Shown here piece by piece: positions 36,760 through 46,588 of a stretch of DNA of 64,000 bases (positions are counted from its first letter, which is position 1; each line of letters starts with the position of its first letter). The stretch spans positions 19,471 to 83,470 of the forward strand of contig CAMEBC010000007.1 of the NCBI GenBank assembly GCA_945912105.1, read 5' to 3'. This DNA comes from [Eubacterium] saphenum. Its GTDB lineage: Bacteria; Bacillota; Clostridia; Lachnospirales; Anaerotignaceae. Made by a program: the position numbers and the translations under genes. The notes under the pieces are model-generated. The model had not been told where the DNA came from. It worked only from the letters and a program-made list of their open reading frames with translations, and made no database searches.

Positions 36760-36968
36760 GTATGCAGAAATTATATTATACGGAAGAGTACAGGAACAAA
36801 GTGGTTTCTGTATGGAATCCGCAGGGCGGGCTTTGCTCGCCCGAGGAAAACAGGAAGTTTCAAGGCATTTATGCCGCTGGAACTTATCTGTTTATACTTC
36901 TGTCTCACAACTCGAAATCCCATTGGGGGCTTTGCCGCAAATGGATTTCGAGTTAGGCGCTTAGCGCC

Positions 36969-37553
36969 TTATTTACCAATGGAACGTTTGTAAGCTTCTA
37001 CTTCCTCATCTGTCAGAGGTTCCAGTTCCTTGGGATCCATCCATCTTACCCAGATACGATCCTGCATAGCGGAAATATCCAAGGGAGTATCAAAGGAATC
37101 TTTATCAATGGGGATCACTGTGTCATTGTCGCCATTGAACATGATTTCGAAGGGCTTATAAACGCCGTCTTCAAATACCAGCATATCGGAAGAGAAGAAG
37201 TTCAGGGCGCCGCCTTCGCTCAGCAGGTGTTTTTCCAGTGCTTCCATGTCGGGGAATGTTACAACCATCCAGTCACCCTTTGTATCGGAGTAATCGAACA
37301 GCTGCAGACCGTGGAAATCGATTTCTTCTTCGCCTGTCATGCCCTTATCCTCATTCGCTTTTCCTTTCATTACAACGGGTGCGCCATTTTTACCATCTCT
37401 CAGGATTTCGGTACCTGCCTGGAACGTATTTACAAAGCTGTTGATTTCGTTTGTTCTGAATTGGGAACGGATCTGGGCGATCATGCCATATTCACTGTTA
37501 TCATAGCAAATAGAAGCAACTTCATTCCAAAATTCATTTAATGTCTTGATCAT
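36969..37553 (-). CDS. Hypothetical protein (194 aa)
   Basis: Clean ORF with normal codon usage and an acidic, soluble-looking product. No family recognised. Confidence 0.55.
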   Translation of the reverse strand: MIKTLNEFWNEVASICYDNSEYGMIAQIRSQFRTNEINSFVNTFQAGTEILRDGKNGAPVVMKGKANEDKGMTGEEEIDFHGLQLFDYSDTKGDWMVVTFPDMEALEKHLLSEGGALNFFSSDMLVFEDGVYKPFEIMFNGDNDTVIPIDKDSFDTPLDISAMQDRIWVRWMDPKELEPLTDEEVEAYKRSIGK

Positions 37554-37610
37554 TTTTATTACCTCCGTATCAAATCAAACTCATTACCTGTTATCATACT
37601 AGCATTTTGT

Positions 37611-38258
37611 TCATTCTGTCAATAGATATTCGTTCGGTCGGCCCATTTGAAAATAATGTTCCGGTATCTTTCCGCTGAAGATCAGATCGGCCAGCATGAT
37701 TTTTCTCTGTAAAGTCAATGTTTCCTGATAAAGAGGGTTTACGATCTTTATTTCCATGGAAAGATCCAGCCAGATCTTATAATTGATCTGATTGATGCCT
37801 ACGGAAGTAAAGTCCGTTTCATAATCTACCTTTGCCATGCCCATAGGGATGAGGGTAAAAGGGATTTCCGGCCCCATATTGGAAAAGAAGCTCCAGTTGG
37901 TAGCCGCACCAATGGGGATATGTATCACTTCTTTTGGCAGATCCTGCAATCTTTGGGTCACATCAGAGCTGAGCAGACTGCAAAACCGATTCACCAACGC
38001 TGTATTCGCTGTATAGCTTTCCCCGTCCTCTTCCCGGATCAGAAGGGAGGAGGCAGAAAAATCGGTATCTTCCAGAATATCTGCTGTTGCTTCATCAATG
38101 ATCTGGTTCGCCAAAGCCTTGCACTGCATGTGAGAAATCTCCTTCAAGGGCGGAAGAAATCTATTTTCCAAAAGGGCAAACAGCAGGAAAGACAGACATA
38201 GGACAAGCAGAAAGAGCAGTAAGAATCGATTTTTACGCTTTCTTCGTTTTTTCCTCAT
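37611..38258 (-). CDS. yunB: Sporulation protein YunB
   Basis: ORF 37611..38279. ATG at 38258 follows a GGGAGGGG RBS. Basic N-terminus plus a TM helix. Overall YunB-like layout (QCKALANQIIDEA..., IPIGAATN, KIVNP). Confidence 0.6.
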   Translation of the reverse strand: MRKKRRKRKNRFLLLFLLVLCLSFLLFALLENRFLPPLKEISHMQCKALANQIIDEATADILEDTDFSASSLLIREEDGESYTANTALVNRFCSLLSSDVTQRLQDLPKEVIHIPIGAATNWSFFSNMGPEIPFTLIPMGMAKVDYETDFTSVGINQINYKIWLDLSMEIKIVNPLYQETLTLQRKIMLADLIFSGKIPEHYFQMGRPNEYLLTE

Positions 38259-38511
38259 AGGCAGCCCCTCCCTTTGCAATGATATGAACAGAGAATAGAA
38301 AACATGTTTTCGTGAAATCCTTCCATTTTACCCATCTTAAAGAAAAAATAAACAAAGCTTATAAAAGATATTAGACTCCATTTGTGAAAATCTCTTTCTT
38401 TTGCGGCAAAAATTTGTTATAATCAAAAAGTATAATGTTTGTAAAGTGGCGGTTTGTGAATTTATTTCCAACCGTTTGGTAGTGAAAAGGACAAACAGGA
38501 GGCTTTATACT

Positions 38512-41232
38512 ATGAGTGAATCTCAACACAGGAGGAGATCCTCGGATGGTTCCGGCAGTAGAACCGGCTCTGGCGGAAGAAGAAGCTCTTCGGGCAGAAG
38601 CAGTTCGCAGCGGACCAACCGCACATCCTCCAGAAATACATCAAACAAAAAACGCAGAAAGCGCAGAAAGAAGCGTACGGTAAACGGCAGAATCGGGAAA
38701 GTATTGCTGGTCGTTGCAGTAGTGATTGGCTTTGCCGTGGCAGGTGCCGTTCTGGGTACTGTCTTTGGTATCCTGCAAAGCACGGATATGCTCAACACAT
38801 CCGATGTTATGCCGGACTCCTACACCTCTGTTATCTACGATGCTGATGGGGAGGCGGTGGATAAGCTCCATGGCTCGGAAAACCGTGAATATGTGAAGCT
38901 GTCTGCGATTACGAAAAACATGCAGAACGCAGTCGTTGCCATCGAGGACGCCCGGTTCTACGAGCATAACGGCATTGATATACGCGGTATCATGCGTGCA
39001 GTGGTGGAAAATATCAAGACCATGAGCTTCTCTCAGGGGGCAAGTACCCTGACTCAGCAGGTCATCAAAAATGATGTGTTGGGAGACAATGAAAAGAGGA
39101 TTACCAGAAAAATAAAAGAACAGTATCTGGCGGTTTCTTTGGAAAATGCACTGGAAAAACAGCTTGGTTCCAAAGAAGAAGCCAAAAAGTATATTCTGGA
39201 GCTGTATCTAAATACCATGGCGCTGCATCATGGTCTCCATGGCGTAGAATCGGCGGCACAGTATTACTTTGGCAAGCATGCCAGCGAACTGACACTGGCA
39301 GAATCCGCATGTATTGTCGGTATCACGAAGAATCCCAGCAAATATGCACCGGATGTAAACGAGGAAGAAAGCCGCAATCGTCAGCTGACGGTTCTGAAGA
39401 AAATGCTGGAGTTGGGTTATATTACCCAGGAAGAACACGACGCAGCTGTGGCAGAGGACATATATGGGCATCTAGTCTGCAAGGAAAATGCGGAAGAAGA
39501 GGGCAACGCAAACCACAACTGGTTTGTGGAGGCTGCTGTGCAGCAGATTAAGGCGGATCTGGTGGAAAAGAAAAACATGACAGAAGCCCAGGCATCTAAC
39601 CTGATCTATAGCGGTGGCCTGCAGATCCATACGACTATGGACAGCAGTATGCAGGAAACTGCGGAAGCAGCTATGAAGAATGATAATCTCTTCCCTGCAG
39701 GGGATGGCTCTTTGGATGTAACCTATCTGATCTCTGTATTGGATACGGAAAATCCCGATGAAAGCAGCAATCAGTCCCATTATGAAAAGAAAACGACAGC
39801 GACCAGTCAGGCTGAAGTGGACGCTTTTGTGGAATCGGTAAAGGCAGAATTGCTGGATGATACCCATACACTGGTTCTGGATAAGCTGACTGTCTCTAAA
39901 TCCCTGCAGGCGGCTATGGTCATCATGGACCAGAGCAACGGGGAAGTGAAGGCACTGGTTGGCGGTCGCGGCGAAAAGCCCGGTGATTCTGTATTCAACC
40001 GTGCCACACAGGCATTGCGTCAGCAGGGTTCTGCAATGAAGCCTCTGGCAGCTTATGCGCCTGCTATTGATACGGGACTTCTGATGCCCGGTTCTATCAT
40101 CGTAGACGAACCTGTTACATTCGGCAGCTGGTCCCCTAAAAACTGGGATGGCAAATTTATCGGACCTACTACTGTGCGTAAAGGGATTTGGCACTCTATG
40201 AATATTCTGGCAATCAAAGCCTTTAATATGGTAGGTGCAGATACCGCTTATCAATATCTGTTGGATTTTGGATTTACTACGATTGATGAAAGAGATAAAG
40301 CGGCTACAACTGCTTTGGGCGGTTTGACGCAGGGCGTTTCTACTTTGGAAATGACAGCAGCATACGCCACCATCGCCAATGGCGGTACGTATTATGAGCC
40401 TATGTTCTATACGGTCGTATACGACCATGACGGCAATGTTCTGTTGGATAACAGTGATCAGGAAACACATAGAGTGCTGAAAGAAACGACAGCATTCCTG
40501 CTGACGGATATGATGCGGGATGTTATTACAAAAGGTACCGGTACCCAGGCAGCCATCAGCGGCATGAACGTAGCCGGTAAGACCGGTACGACCAACGATA
40601 CCGTTGACCAGACCTTCTACGGCTATACACCATATTATACAACAGGCATTTGGATGGGCTATGATACACAGAAAGAAATGAAGAATGTAAATAATGCCCA
40701 TTTGAAGATTTGGAGAACGGTCATGAGTGAAATTCATTCTGATCAGGGATTGAAGAATAAGGAATTTGAAAAGCCGGATGGCTTGACAACACGCTCTTGC
40801 TGTGCAGCATCGGGCATGACACCTACAGATTTGTGCAGCAGTGATTATTATGGCTATGGCGTAACCAGCGACTATGTAACTACCGATTTCAAGGGCGGCA
40901 GTGGCGGCGGCTCCTGCACCATGCACAAATCCTATACGATCTGTAGGGAAAGCGGCAAAATTGCTTCGTCGAATTGCCCTGCGGACAGCACTATGCAGGT
41001 GGTATTGGCAGTAGACAGCAGCGGCAATATCGAAGGCAAGCCTACGACCATCCCTGATGGCAAGCTGGATATCAAGGTGAACGAGACCTGCAATCTGCCC
41101 CATACAGGCGGAGCAACGACAGATCCGGAACAGCCGGAAACACCTTCTGATCCGGAAGAAAGCGAATCCAATGGTGGGGTACAGATCCCCGATGATGAGC
41201 TTTGGGGTGGCGGAGACTTTGGTATACAGTGA
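38512..41232 (+). CDS. Class A penicillin-binding protein (PBP1A family transglycosylase/transpeptidase)
   Basis: ATG at 38512 follows a GGAGG RBS. Ser/Arg-rich cytoplasmic tail and a TM helix. GT51 motifs (AIEDARFYEHNGID, GASTLTQQ), transpeptidase motifs (SAMKP, KTGTT) and a Cys-rich C-terminal extension. Confidence 0.9.
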   Translation: MSESQHRRRSSDGSGSRTGSGGRRSSSGRSSSQRTNRTSSRNTSNKKRRKRRKKRTVNGRIGKVLLVVAVVIGFAVAGAVLGTVFGILQSTDMLNTSDVMPDSYTSVIYDADGEAVDKLHGSENREYVKLSAITKNMQNAVVAIEDARFYEHNGIDIRGIMRAVVENIKTMSFSQGASTLTQQVIKNDVLGDNEKRITRKIKEQYLAVSLENALEKQLGSKEEAKKYILELYLNTMALHHGLHGVESAAQYYFGKHASELTLAESACIVGITKNPSKYAPDVNEEESRNRQLTVLKKMLELGYITQEEHDAAVAEDIYGHLVCKENAEEEGNANHNWFVEAAVQQIKADLVEKKNMTEAQASNLIYSGGLQIHTTMDSSMQETAEAAMKNDNLFPAGDGSLDVTYLISVLDTENPDESSNQSHYEKKTTATSQAEVDAFVESVKAELLDDTHTLVLDKLTVSKSLQAAMVIMDQSNGEVKALVGGRGEKPGDSVFNRATQALRQQGSAMKPLAAYAPAIDTGLLMPGSIIVDEPVTFGSWSPKNWDGKFIGPTTVRKGIWHSMNILAIKAFNMVGADTAYQYLLDFGFTTIDERDKAATTALGGLTQGVSTLEMTAAYATIANGGTYYEPMFYTVVYDHDGNVLLDNSDQETHRVLKETTAFLLTDMMRDVITKGTGTQAAISGMNVAGKTGTTNDTVDQTFYGYTPYYTTGIWMGYDTQKEMKNVNNAHLKIWRTVMSEIHSDQGLKNKEFEKPDGLTTRSCCAASGMTPTDLCSSDYYGYGVTSDYVTTDFKGGSGGGSCTMHKSYTICRESGKIASSNCPADSTMQVVLAVDSSGNIEGKPTTIPDGKLDIKVNETCNLPHTGGATTDPEQPETPSDPEESESNGGVQIPDDELWGGGDFGIQ

Positions 41233-41280
41233 TAGTTTCCAGATTTTGAACTGCTGAAAAGGGAATTTAAAACGAATGTA

Positions 41281-41317
41281 AATAGGGAAGATCCCGATGG
41301 ATTTTCCCTATTTTTTT
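41281..41317 (+). terminator. Rho-independent terminator of the PBP gene
   Basis: AATAGGGAAGATCC pairs with GGATTTTCCCTATT, followed by a T-run. Confidence 0.7.
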
Positions 41318-41389
41318 ATTTTGAAGTAAATGAATGCCCCGGAGGAGAAATCAAATAAAAAAGCTCCTCTATCAAAGAGGAGCCTGTTT

Positions 41390-42781
41390 TCACTGAGCTT
41401 TATTCAACTGTTCTAGTGCGTTTCTTACATTACTGATCTGATTGGATTCGGGGAATTCGCTGATGATGCGGTTATAATATTTCTTTGCTGTGTCATTATC
41501 CCCATCTTCTTCTGCGATTTTTGCGAGATAGTAGATTGCATCATCTACGAAGTTTTCATTGCTGGTATAATTTAATGCTGTTTCCAGATAAGTTTTTGCT
41601 TCTGTAAAATTGTTGCTGAGGAACTGACTCTTGCCTTTTGTATAATAAGCATCGGCCGCTTTCGGGTAGGCAGTTGTTTTTACAGAATTATATTTTGAAA
41701 GGTCTTCTTCGTTGAAGCTTACGGTATCGATGGAATCCAGCGTGGAAACGCAGGCTTCATAGTCGCCATCTGTCATCTGCGCTACGGCTGTTTCCAACAA
41801 TTCCAAGTTTGCCTGCTTGTTTTCTTCACTGCGGAGCAATTTATTTTCTTCCTGCAGTTTTGTCAGCTCCGTACGCATTTCAAGAACCTCTTCCGGTGTC
41901 ATATTGGTTTCCCCGGCATAGTTTTCTACGGCTGTTTCCAGTTCTTTGATTTTTGTATTTTTGCTTTCATTCAAAGCAGGAACGATCAAAACAAGAATCA
42001 CGATGGCCGCAGCCGCGATACCTGTCAAAAATGCCAGCAAATCCCGTTTTTCCAACACACTGTTGGTCTTTTCCTTTCGTTTATAACGGGGAATGGGGGG
42101 ATTGCTGTCGGTTTTCTTTACGCTGACAACTGATTTTGCCTTTTCCTGCTTCTTCAGGGGGGAAGGGACAGGGGAATTGCCGATCAGCTGAGCATAATGA
42201 AGGGCAATAGGATTGCGAATATCCCGTCTCAGCACAATATCATTGAAGTGCTGGGCACGTTTGATATTTTTATCCTCAATGCAGCAAAGGGTCATCAAAT
42301 TATAAGCATCCAGAAAATCAGGATTGTTGTCGATGGATTTTTTCAGCTGGATGATAGCAAGGTCATCGCTGCCCTGTTTCAAATAATTGATCGCCTGGTT
42401 ATACATACGAATGGCATCGTTGCATTTTTCCATCTCTCTACCATTTTTCTGAAGATAATCGATATAGCCGGAGGCTGCGTTGCCTTCCGGCAGAATAGAT
42501 GTGCTGATGATCCAATGCTTCAGGGCATCGCCGATCCGACCTGTTTCACAATAGATCAGACCAAGCAGGTTTCTTGCCTGTACGTTGTTTTTATCAAAAA
42601 GAAGGCTTTGTTCCAGATTTGCCGCTGCGCCGGAAAGGTCTTTTTCCTCTGCCAGGCCAAGGGCTTCGTTATACAAACGGATGGATGCGCTGCGCGCTTT
42701 ACGGAACACATATACATCGACCCCACAGTCGGGACAATGGAAGCCCTCGAAAAATTCAAAACCGCAATTCGGGCATTTCAT
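41390..42781 (-). CDS. Zinc-ribbon / TPR-repeat membrane protein
   Basis: N-terminal CPNCG...CPDCG, TPR-like repeats, a central TM helix (LLAFLTGIAAAAIVILVLIV) and further C-terminal TPR-like repeats. Confidence 0.7.
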   Translation of the reverse strand: MKCPNCGFEFFEGFHCPDCGVDVYVFRKARSASIRLYNEALGLAEEKDLSGAAANLEQSLLFDKNNVQARNLLGLIYCETGRIGDALKHWIISTSILPEGNAASGYIDYLQKNGREMEKCNDAIRMYNQAINYLKQGSDDLAIIQLKKSIDNNPDFLDAYNLMTLCCIEDKNIKRAQHFNDIVLRRDIRNPIALHYAQLIGNSPVPSPLKKQEKAKSVVSVKKTDSNPPIPRYKRKEKTNSVLEKRDLLAFLTGIAAAAIVILVLIVPALNESKNTKIKELETAVENYAGETNMTPEEVLEMRTELTKLQEENKLLRSEENKQANLELLETAVAQMTDGDYEACVSTLDSIDTVSFNEEDLSKYNSVKTTAYPKAADAYYTKGKSQFLSNNFTEAKTYLETALNYTSNENFVDDAIYYLAKIAEEDGDNDTAKKYYNRIISEFPESNQISNVRNALEQLNKAQ

Positions 42782-42799
42782 GTCATTCTCTCCTTTATC

Positions 42800-42952
42800 T
42801 TACTCCTGAGGGGGTGCCTGCTTTTTTTCTTTCGCGATATGCTGTAAAATATCCAGCAAATCCTGCATCTGAGAAGGGTGCAGGGATTCTTCGATTTGGT
42901 CGATCTCCATAATGGGCTGGAATCTACTCAATTCATCTTTAAAATTAAACAC
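42800..42952 (-). CDS. Small ORF (50 aa) below the ORF-track cutoff, between folC and the TPR gene
   Basis: GTG at 42952 lies 7-8 nt after GGAGG. Product VFNFKDELSRFQPIMEIDQIEESLHPSQMQDLLDILQHIAKEKKQAPPQE. The stop is 18 nt before the TPR gene start. An alternative ATG gives 36 aa. Confidence 0.4.
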   Translation of the reverse strand: MFNFKDELSRFQPIMEIDQIEESLHPSQMQDLLDILQHIAKEKKQAPPQE

Positions 42953-42968
42953 GGGTCATTCCTCCGTT

Positions 42969-44267
42969 TCAAATGCTTCTGTTGGAAATATAGGTTCTCA
43001 TGGCGCCGATCATATAAAGAGAACCACAGCAAAGGATGATACCATCGGCAGGGGTGATAGAAAGGGCTTTTTCGTAAGCGTTTTCAATCTCTTTTTCTGT
43101 ATAGATCGTGCCTTTATGATTGGAAATGGAACGCGCCAGAGAAAAAACGTCCAGCTTTCGTTCGCTGTGGGGTTCTGTCAGGATGACAGAACCGGCATAG
43201 GGGAGGATATACTCCGCCATCTTATGGTATTCTTTGTCGCCCAAAACGCCAAGAATCAGGGTGACTTTTCTGTCTTTGAAATAGATGGAAAGGGATTTCG
43301 CCAGCTGTGCGATACCATCAGCATTATGGGCACCATCCAGGATCACCAAAGGCTCTCTGCCGCAAATCTCCATTCTGCCTGCCCAATGAGTATTTTTCAA
43401 CCCCTGGCGGATCGCCGTTTCGGAAAGAGTCAAACATCTTTTCCTGAGAACATTGCAGGCTTCCAGAACAGCCACACAATTGCCGATCTGATAAGACCCC
43501 AAAAGGGGCAATTCCAGATTTTCCAAAGACATCGATTTATTTTTGACAGAGAAAACAGTCCCTTCCAGCGTTTGCGAAGCGACATCGATCTCTGCATCAT
43601 TCAAACAATAGAATGGAGCATCCATCTGGTCTGCCACATCCTTGATTATATTATATACTATATCATCCTGAGAATACAACACCACTGGGCAATTTTTCTT
43701 GATGATGCCTGCCTTTTCTGCGGCGATCTCTTCAATGGTATCCCCAAGAAAATCCGTATGATCGATACTGATGGACATAATGAGAGAGAGAAGGGGGGCA
43801 GGCACGACGTTTGTAGCATCATATTTGCCTCCAAGACCTACCTCTAAAATTAATACATCCACCTTCTGTTCGGAGAAATAGTGAAATGCCGCCCCGGTGA
43901 CGATCTCAAAGAGGGTAGGCACAGGCTTGCCCTCTGCCGCCAGTTCCTCGCAGATTTCCTTCATCAAAGTGATCTCTCTGGCAAAATCATCATCGGAGAT
44001 CTCCGCACCATTGATGAGGAAACGTTCGTTATAGCGTTCCAAATGGGGAGAGGTATACGCTCCGACGCGGTATCCTGCTTCTTTCAGGATGGAAGCAAGC
44101 ATGGCAACAGCAGAACCTTTCCCGTTCGTTCCTGCGATATGGATCATGGGAAGCTTCTGCTCGGGGTTCCCCAGCTTTTCACAAAGTAATTCTATACGTT
44201 CCAGCCCAGGTACAGAACCAAAGCCGACTTCTTCTTCTAAATAATGGATACACTCTTGATAATTCAC
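42969..44267 (-). CDS. folC: Bifunctional folylpolyglutamate synthase / dihydrofolate synthase
   Basis: 432 aa. P-loop HIAGTNGKGS; Mur ligase middle and C-terminal domains (DGAHN). Confidence 0.9.
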   Translation of the reverse strand: MNYQECIHYLEEEVGFGSVPGLERIELLCEKLGNPEQKLPMIHIAGTNGKGSAVAMLASILKEAGYRVGAYTSPHLERYNERFLINGAEISDDDFAREITLMKEICEELAAEGKPVPTLFEIVTGAAFHYFSEQKVDVLILEVGLGGKYDATNVVPAPLLSLIMSISIDHTDFLGDTIEEIAAEKAGIIKKNCPVVLYSQDDIVYNIIKDVADQMDAPFYCLNDAEIDVASQTLEGTVFSVKNKSMSLENLELPLLGSYQIGNCVAVLEACNVLRKRCLTLSETAIRQGLKNTHWAGRMEICGREPLVILDGAHNADGIAQLAKSLSIYFKDRKVTLILGVLGDKEYHKMAEYILPYAGSVILTEPHSERKLDVFSLARSISNHKGTIYTEKEIENAYEKALSITPADGIILCCGSLYMIGAMRTYISNRSI

Positions 44268-44446
44268 GGAAATTCTCCTCTCGATTTTTTTCCATTTTTC
44301 ATTATAGCAAAGCTAAGGATTTCTGCAATAATCTTAAGAAAAATGAAAAAGAAAAAGTTGAATTCCTTTATATTGTAAGAAAAGGTTGTAGGATAAAGGA
44401 GAAAAATGTATAATAATATGATGGAATGTAGAAAGGAGCATCACGT

Positions 44447-45859
44447 ATGGATGATAGATTCGACAGAGAAAATGAATACTCCGAAACCAGATATCCTCGG
44501 AGAGAAAGATATACCATAGATGGGAATACAAGATATCCTGTCAGAGAAGAGCGTCAGCCTCTGCGCAGTTCCCATGAACACACAAGCATCCCTAAAAGAG
44601 AAGAGCCTGTGCAGGAACAAAACAGCTTTACAGAATATGAACAGCGGGCAGCTGCCAGACGGGCGGAATTTTCCAGAGAGACAAGAGAAGCCTATCAGGA
44701 AGAAACACGCAGGGAACGTCCTGCCAGAGAAGAACACCCTCCCAGAGAGGGACGCCCCGCCAGAGAAAGCAGAAACTATTCTTCTGCCCCCCAAAGAAAA
44801 AGCAAGCATCGGAAGAAACGTCATCTGACAGGCTTTGCAAAAGGGCTGATCGTTCTGGTGGTGGCTCTGATCGTGGGGCTGATTTCCTTTACATTTATGA
44901 ATCACCTCATGAATCCGCCCACAGAAGAAGTTGATCTGACAGGCCAAACTGTCACCATTACTATTCCTGAAGGAGCGGGCACAGAAGAAATTGCCAAGGT
45001 CCTGAAAGAAAATAAGCTCATCAGCAGCGTCTTCGGCTTCAAGATGACCAGTAAGCTGGAAGGATTCGACGGTACCTATAAGCAGGGTACCTATGAAGTG
45101 GATACAGGGCTGACAAAACGTCAGATCATGGAATTGCTGCAAAGCGGCAAGGTTGCGGCAAATCTGAAAATTACCATCCCCGAAGGGTATAACGTGCAGC
45201 AGATCGCCGCAAAGGTTGCGGAAACGGAAATCTGTACGGCAGAAGAGTTCATCAGCGAATGCAACAATGGCACCTTTGATTACGATTTCCTGAAAGATCT
45301 GCCCGACAGAGAATATAAACTGGAAGGGTATCTCTTCCCGGATACCTATTTCCTCCACGAAAGCATGACAGCCCACGATATCATCAATGCAATGCTGGCT
45401 CGCTTTGATAAAATGTATACAAAAGAGTATCAGAAAGCCGTTGAAGAAAGCGAATATTCTTTGGATGAGATCGTGACCATCGCTTCCATGATCGAAAAAG
45501 AGATCAAGGTTGCCGATGAACGCCCCAGAGCTGCCGGTGTTATCTATAATCGTCTGAAAGAGAATATGTCCCTTGGTATCGATGCCACAGTATTGTATGC
45601 CGTTGGAAAAACCTCCGGTGAACTGACACAGGACGACCTGAACATAGATTCTCCCTATAATACGAGAAAAAATCAGGGATTACCGCTGGGGCCTATTTCC
45701 AACCCCGGGGAATCTTCCTTTAAGGCCGCCCTTTATCCCGAAGAAAACAATTATCTGTACTATGTTGTAGAAGCAGTGGGCAAAGATAACCACGTTTACT
45801 GCGAAACTTACGACGAATTCCTGGCAGCAAAGGCGGCATATAATGCCAGTGCCCAGTGA
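44447..45859 (+). CDS. mltG: Endolytic murein transglycosylase MltG (YceG family) with a long Arg/Glu-rich N-terminal tail
   Basis: TM helix after ~130 disordered residues. YceG motifs (LEGYLFPDTY, ASMIEKE, NTR...GLP.GPISNPG). Confidence 0.85.
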   Translation: MDDRFDRENEYSETRYPRRERYTIDGNTRYPVREERQPLRSSHEHTSIPKREEPVQEQNSFTEYEQRAAARRAEFSRETREAYQEETRRERPAREEHPPREGRPARESRNYSSAPQRKSKHRKKRHLTGFAKGLIVLVVALIVGLISFTFMNHLMNPPTEEVDLTGQTVTITIPEGAGTEEIAKVLKENKLISSVFGFKMTSKLEGFDGTYKQGTYEVDTGLTKRQIMELLQSGKVAANLKITIPEGYNVQQIAAKVAETEICTAEEFISECNNGTFDYDFLKDLPDREYKLEGYLFPDTYFLHESMTAHDIINAMLARFDKMYTKEYQKAVEESEYSLDEIVTIASMIEKEIKVADERPRAAGVIYNRLKENMSLGIDATVLYAVGKTSGELTQDDLNIDSPYNTRKNQGLPLGPISNPGESSFKAALYPEENNYLYYVVEAVGKDNHVYCETYDEFLAAKAAYNASAQ

Positions 45860-45880
45860 TAGAAAATAGGAGAGAAGAAC

Positions 45881-46588
45881 ATGAACTATGTAACTGATGA
45901 TACAATGAATGCCTATCTTCGTACGGTACAGCCGATGTATGACGGCGTACTGGGCGAGATCCAGAAGGAAGCTATGGCTGCGGAGGTTCCGATCGTGCCT
46001 CCAGAAGTGGCACGCTTTCTGAGTGTTCTGCTGACCATGCAGAAGCCTAAAAATATTTTGGAGATCGGTACAGCTGTTGCCTTTTCCGCAGGGCTCATGT
46101 GCCGCTATCTGCCGGAAGAGGGCACTGTGACCACCATCGACCGCTATGAAGTGATGCTGAAAGATGCTCGTGTGAATATCAAGCGCATGGGGCTGGAAGA
46201 TAAGATCAAAATTCTGGAAGGGGATGCGGCGGATATCCTGCCTACCTTGGAAGGTCCCTATGATGTGATCTTCATGGATGCGGCAAAGGGGCAATATCAG
46301 GCGTTTCTGCCCCACTGCCTGCGGCTTTTGCCTGTGGGCGGCCTGCTGATCGTGGATGACGTGCTGCAGGGCGGCACCATCGCCCAGACCCGCTTCAGCG
46401 TGCCCCGCAGACAGCGTACTATCCATAAGAGATTAAGAAATTTCCTGTGGGAGATCACCCACCACGATGCACTGGAAACCTCCATCATCCCCATTGGTGA
46501 CGGTGTTGCCCTGTGCTATAAGAAAAAAGAGATCGAATGGAAAGAACCCGAAGCTAAAACAGAAGGAGAAACTGATGATGCAGAATAA
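45881..46588 (+). CDS. Class I SAM-dependent O-methyltransferase (YrrM/TrmR-like)
   Basis: ILEIGTAVAFSA SAM-binding motif and DMIFMDA-type motif (VIFMDAAK). Follows mltG as yrrM does in Bacillus. Confidence 0.7.
   Translation: MNYVTDDTMNAYLRTVQPMYDGVLGEIQKEAMAAEVPIVPPEVARFLSVLLTMQKPKNILEIGTAVAFSAGLMCRYLPEEGTVTTIDRYEVMLKDARVNIKRMGLEDKIKILEGDAADILPTLEGPYDVIFMDAAKGQYQAFLPHCLRLLPVGGLLIVDDVLQGGTIAQTRFSVPRRQRTIHKRLRNFLWEITHHDALETSIIPIGDGVALCYKKKEIEWKEPEAKTEGETDDAE

Noticed and set aside
36751-36993. Three overlapping 64-80-aa plus-strand ORFs as small protein genes.
   Set aside because: None has an RBS. All three frames being open at once points to compositional or structural constraint rather than coding. 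The interval is kept as a structured-region finding instead.
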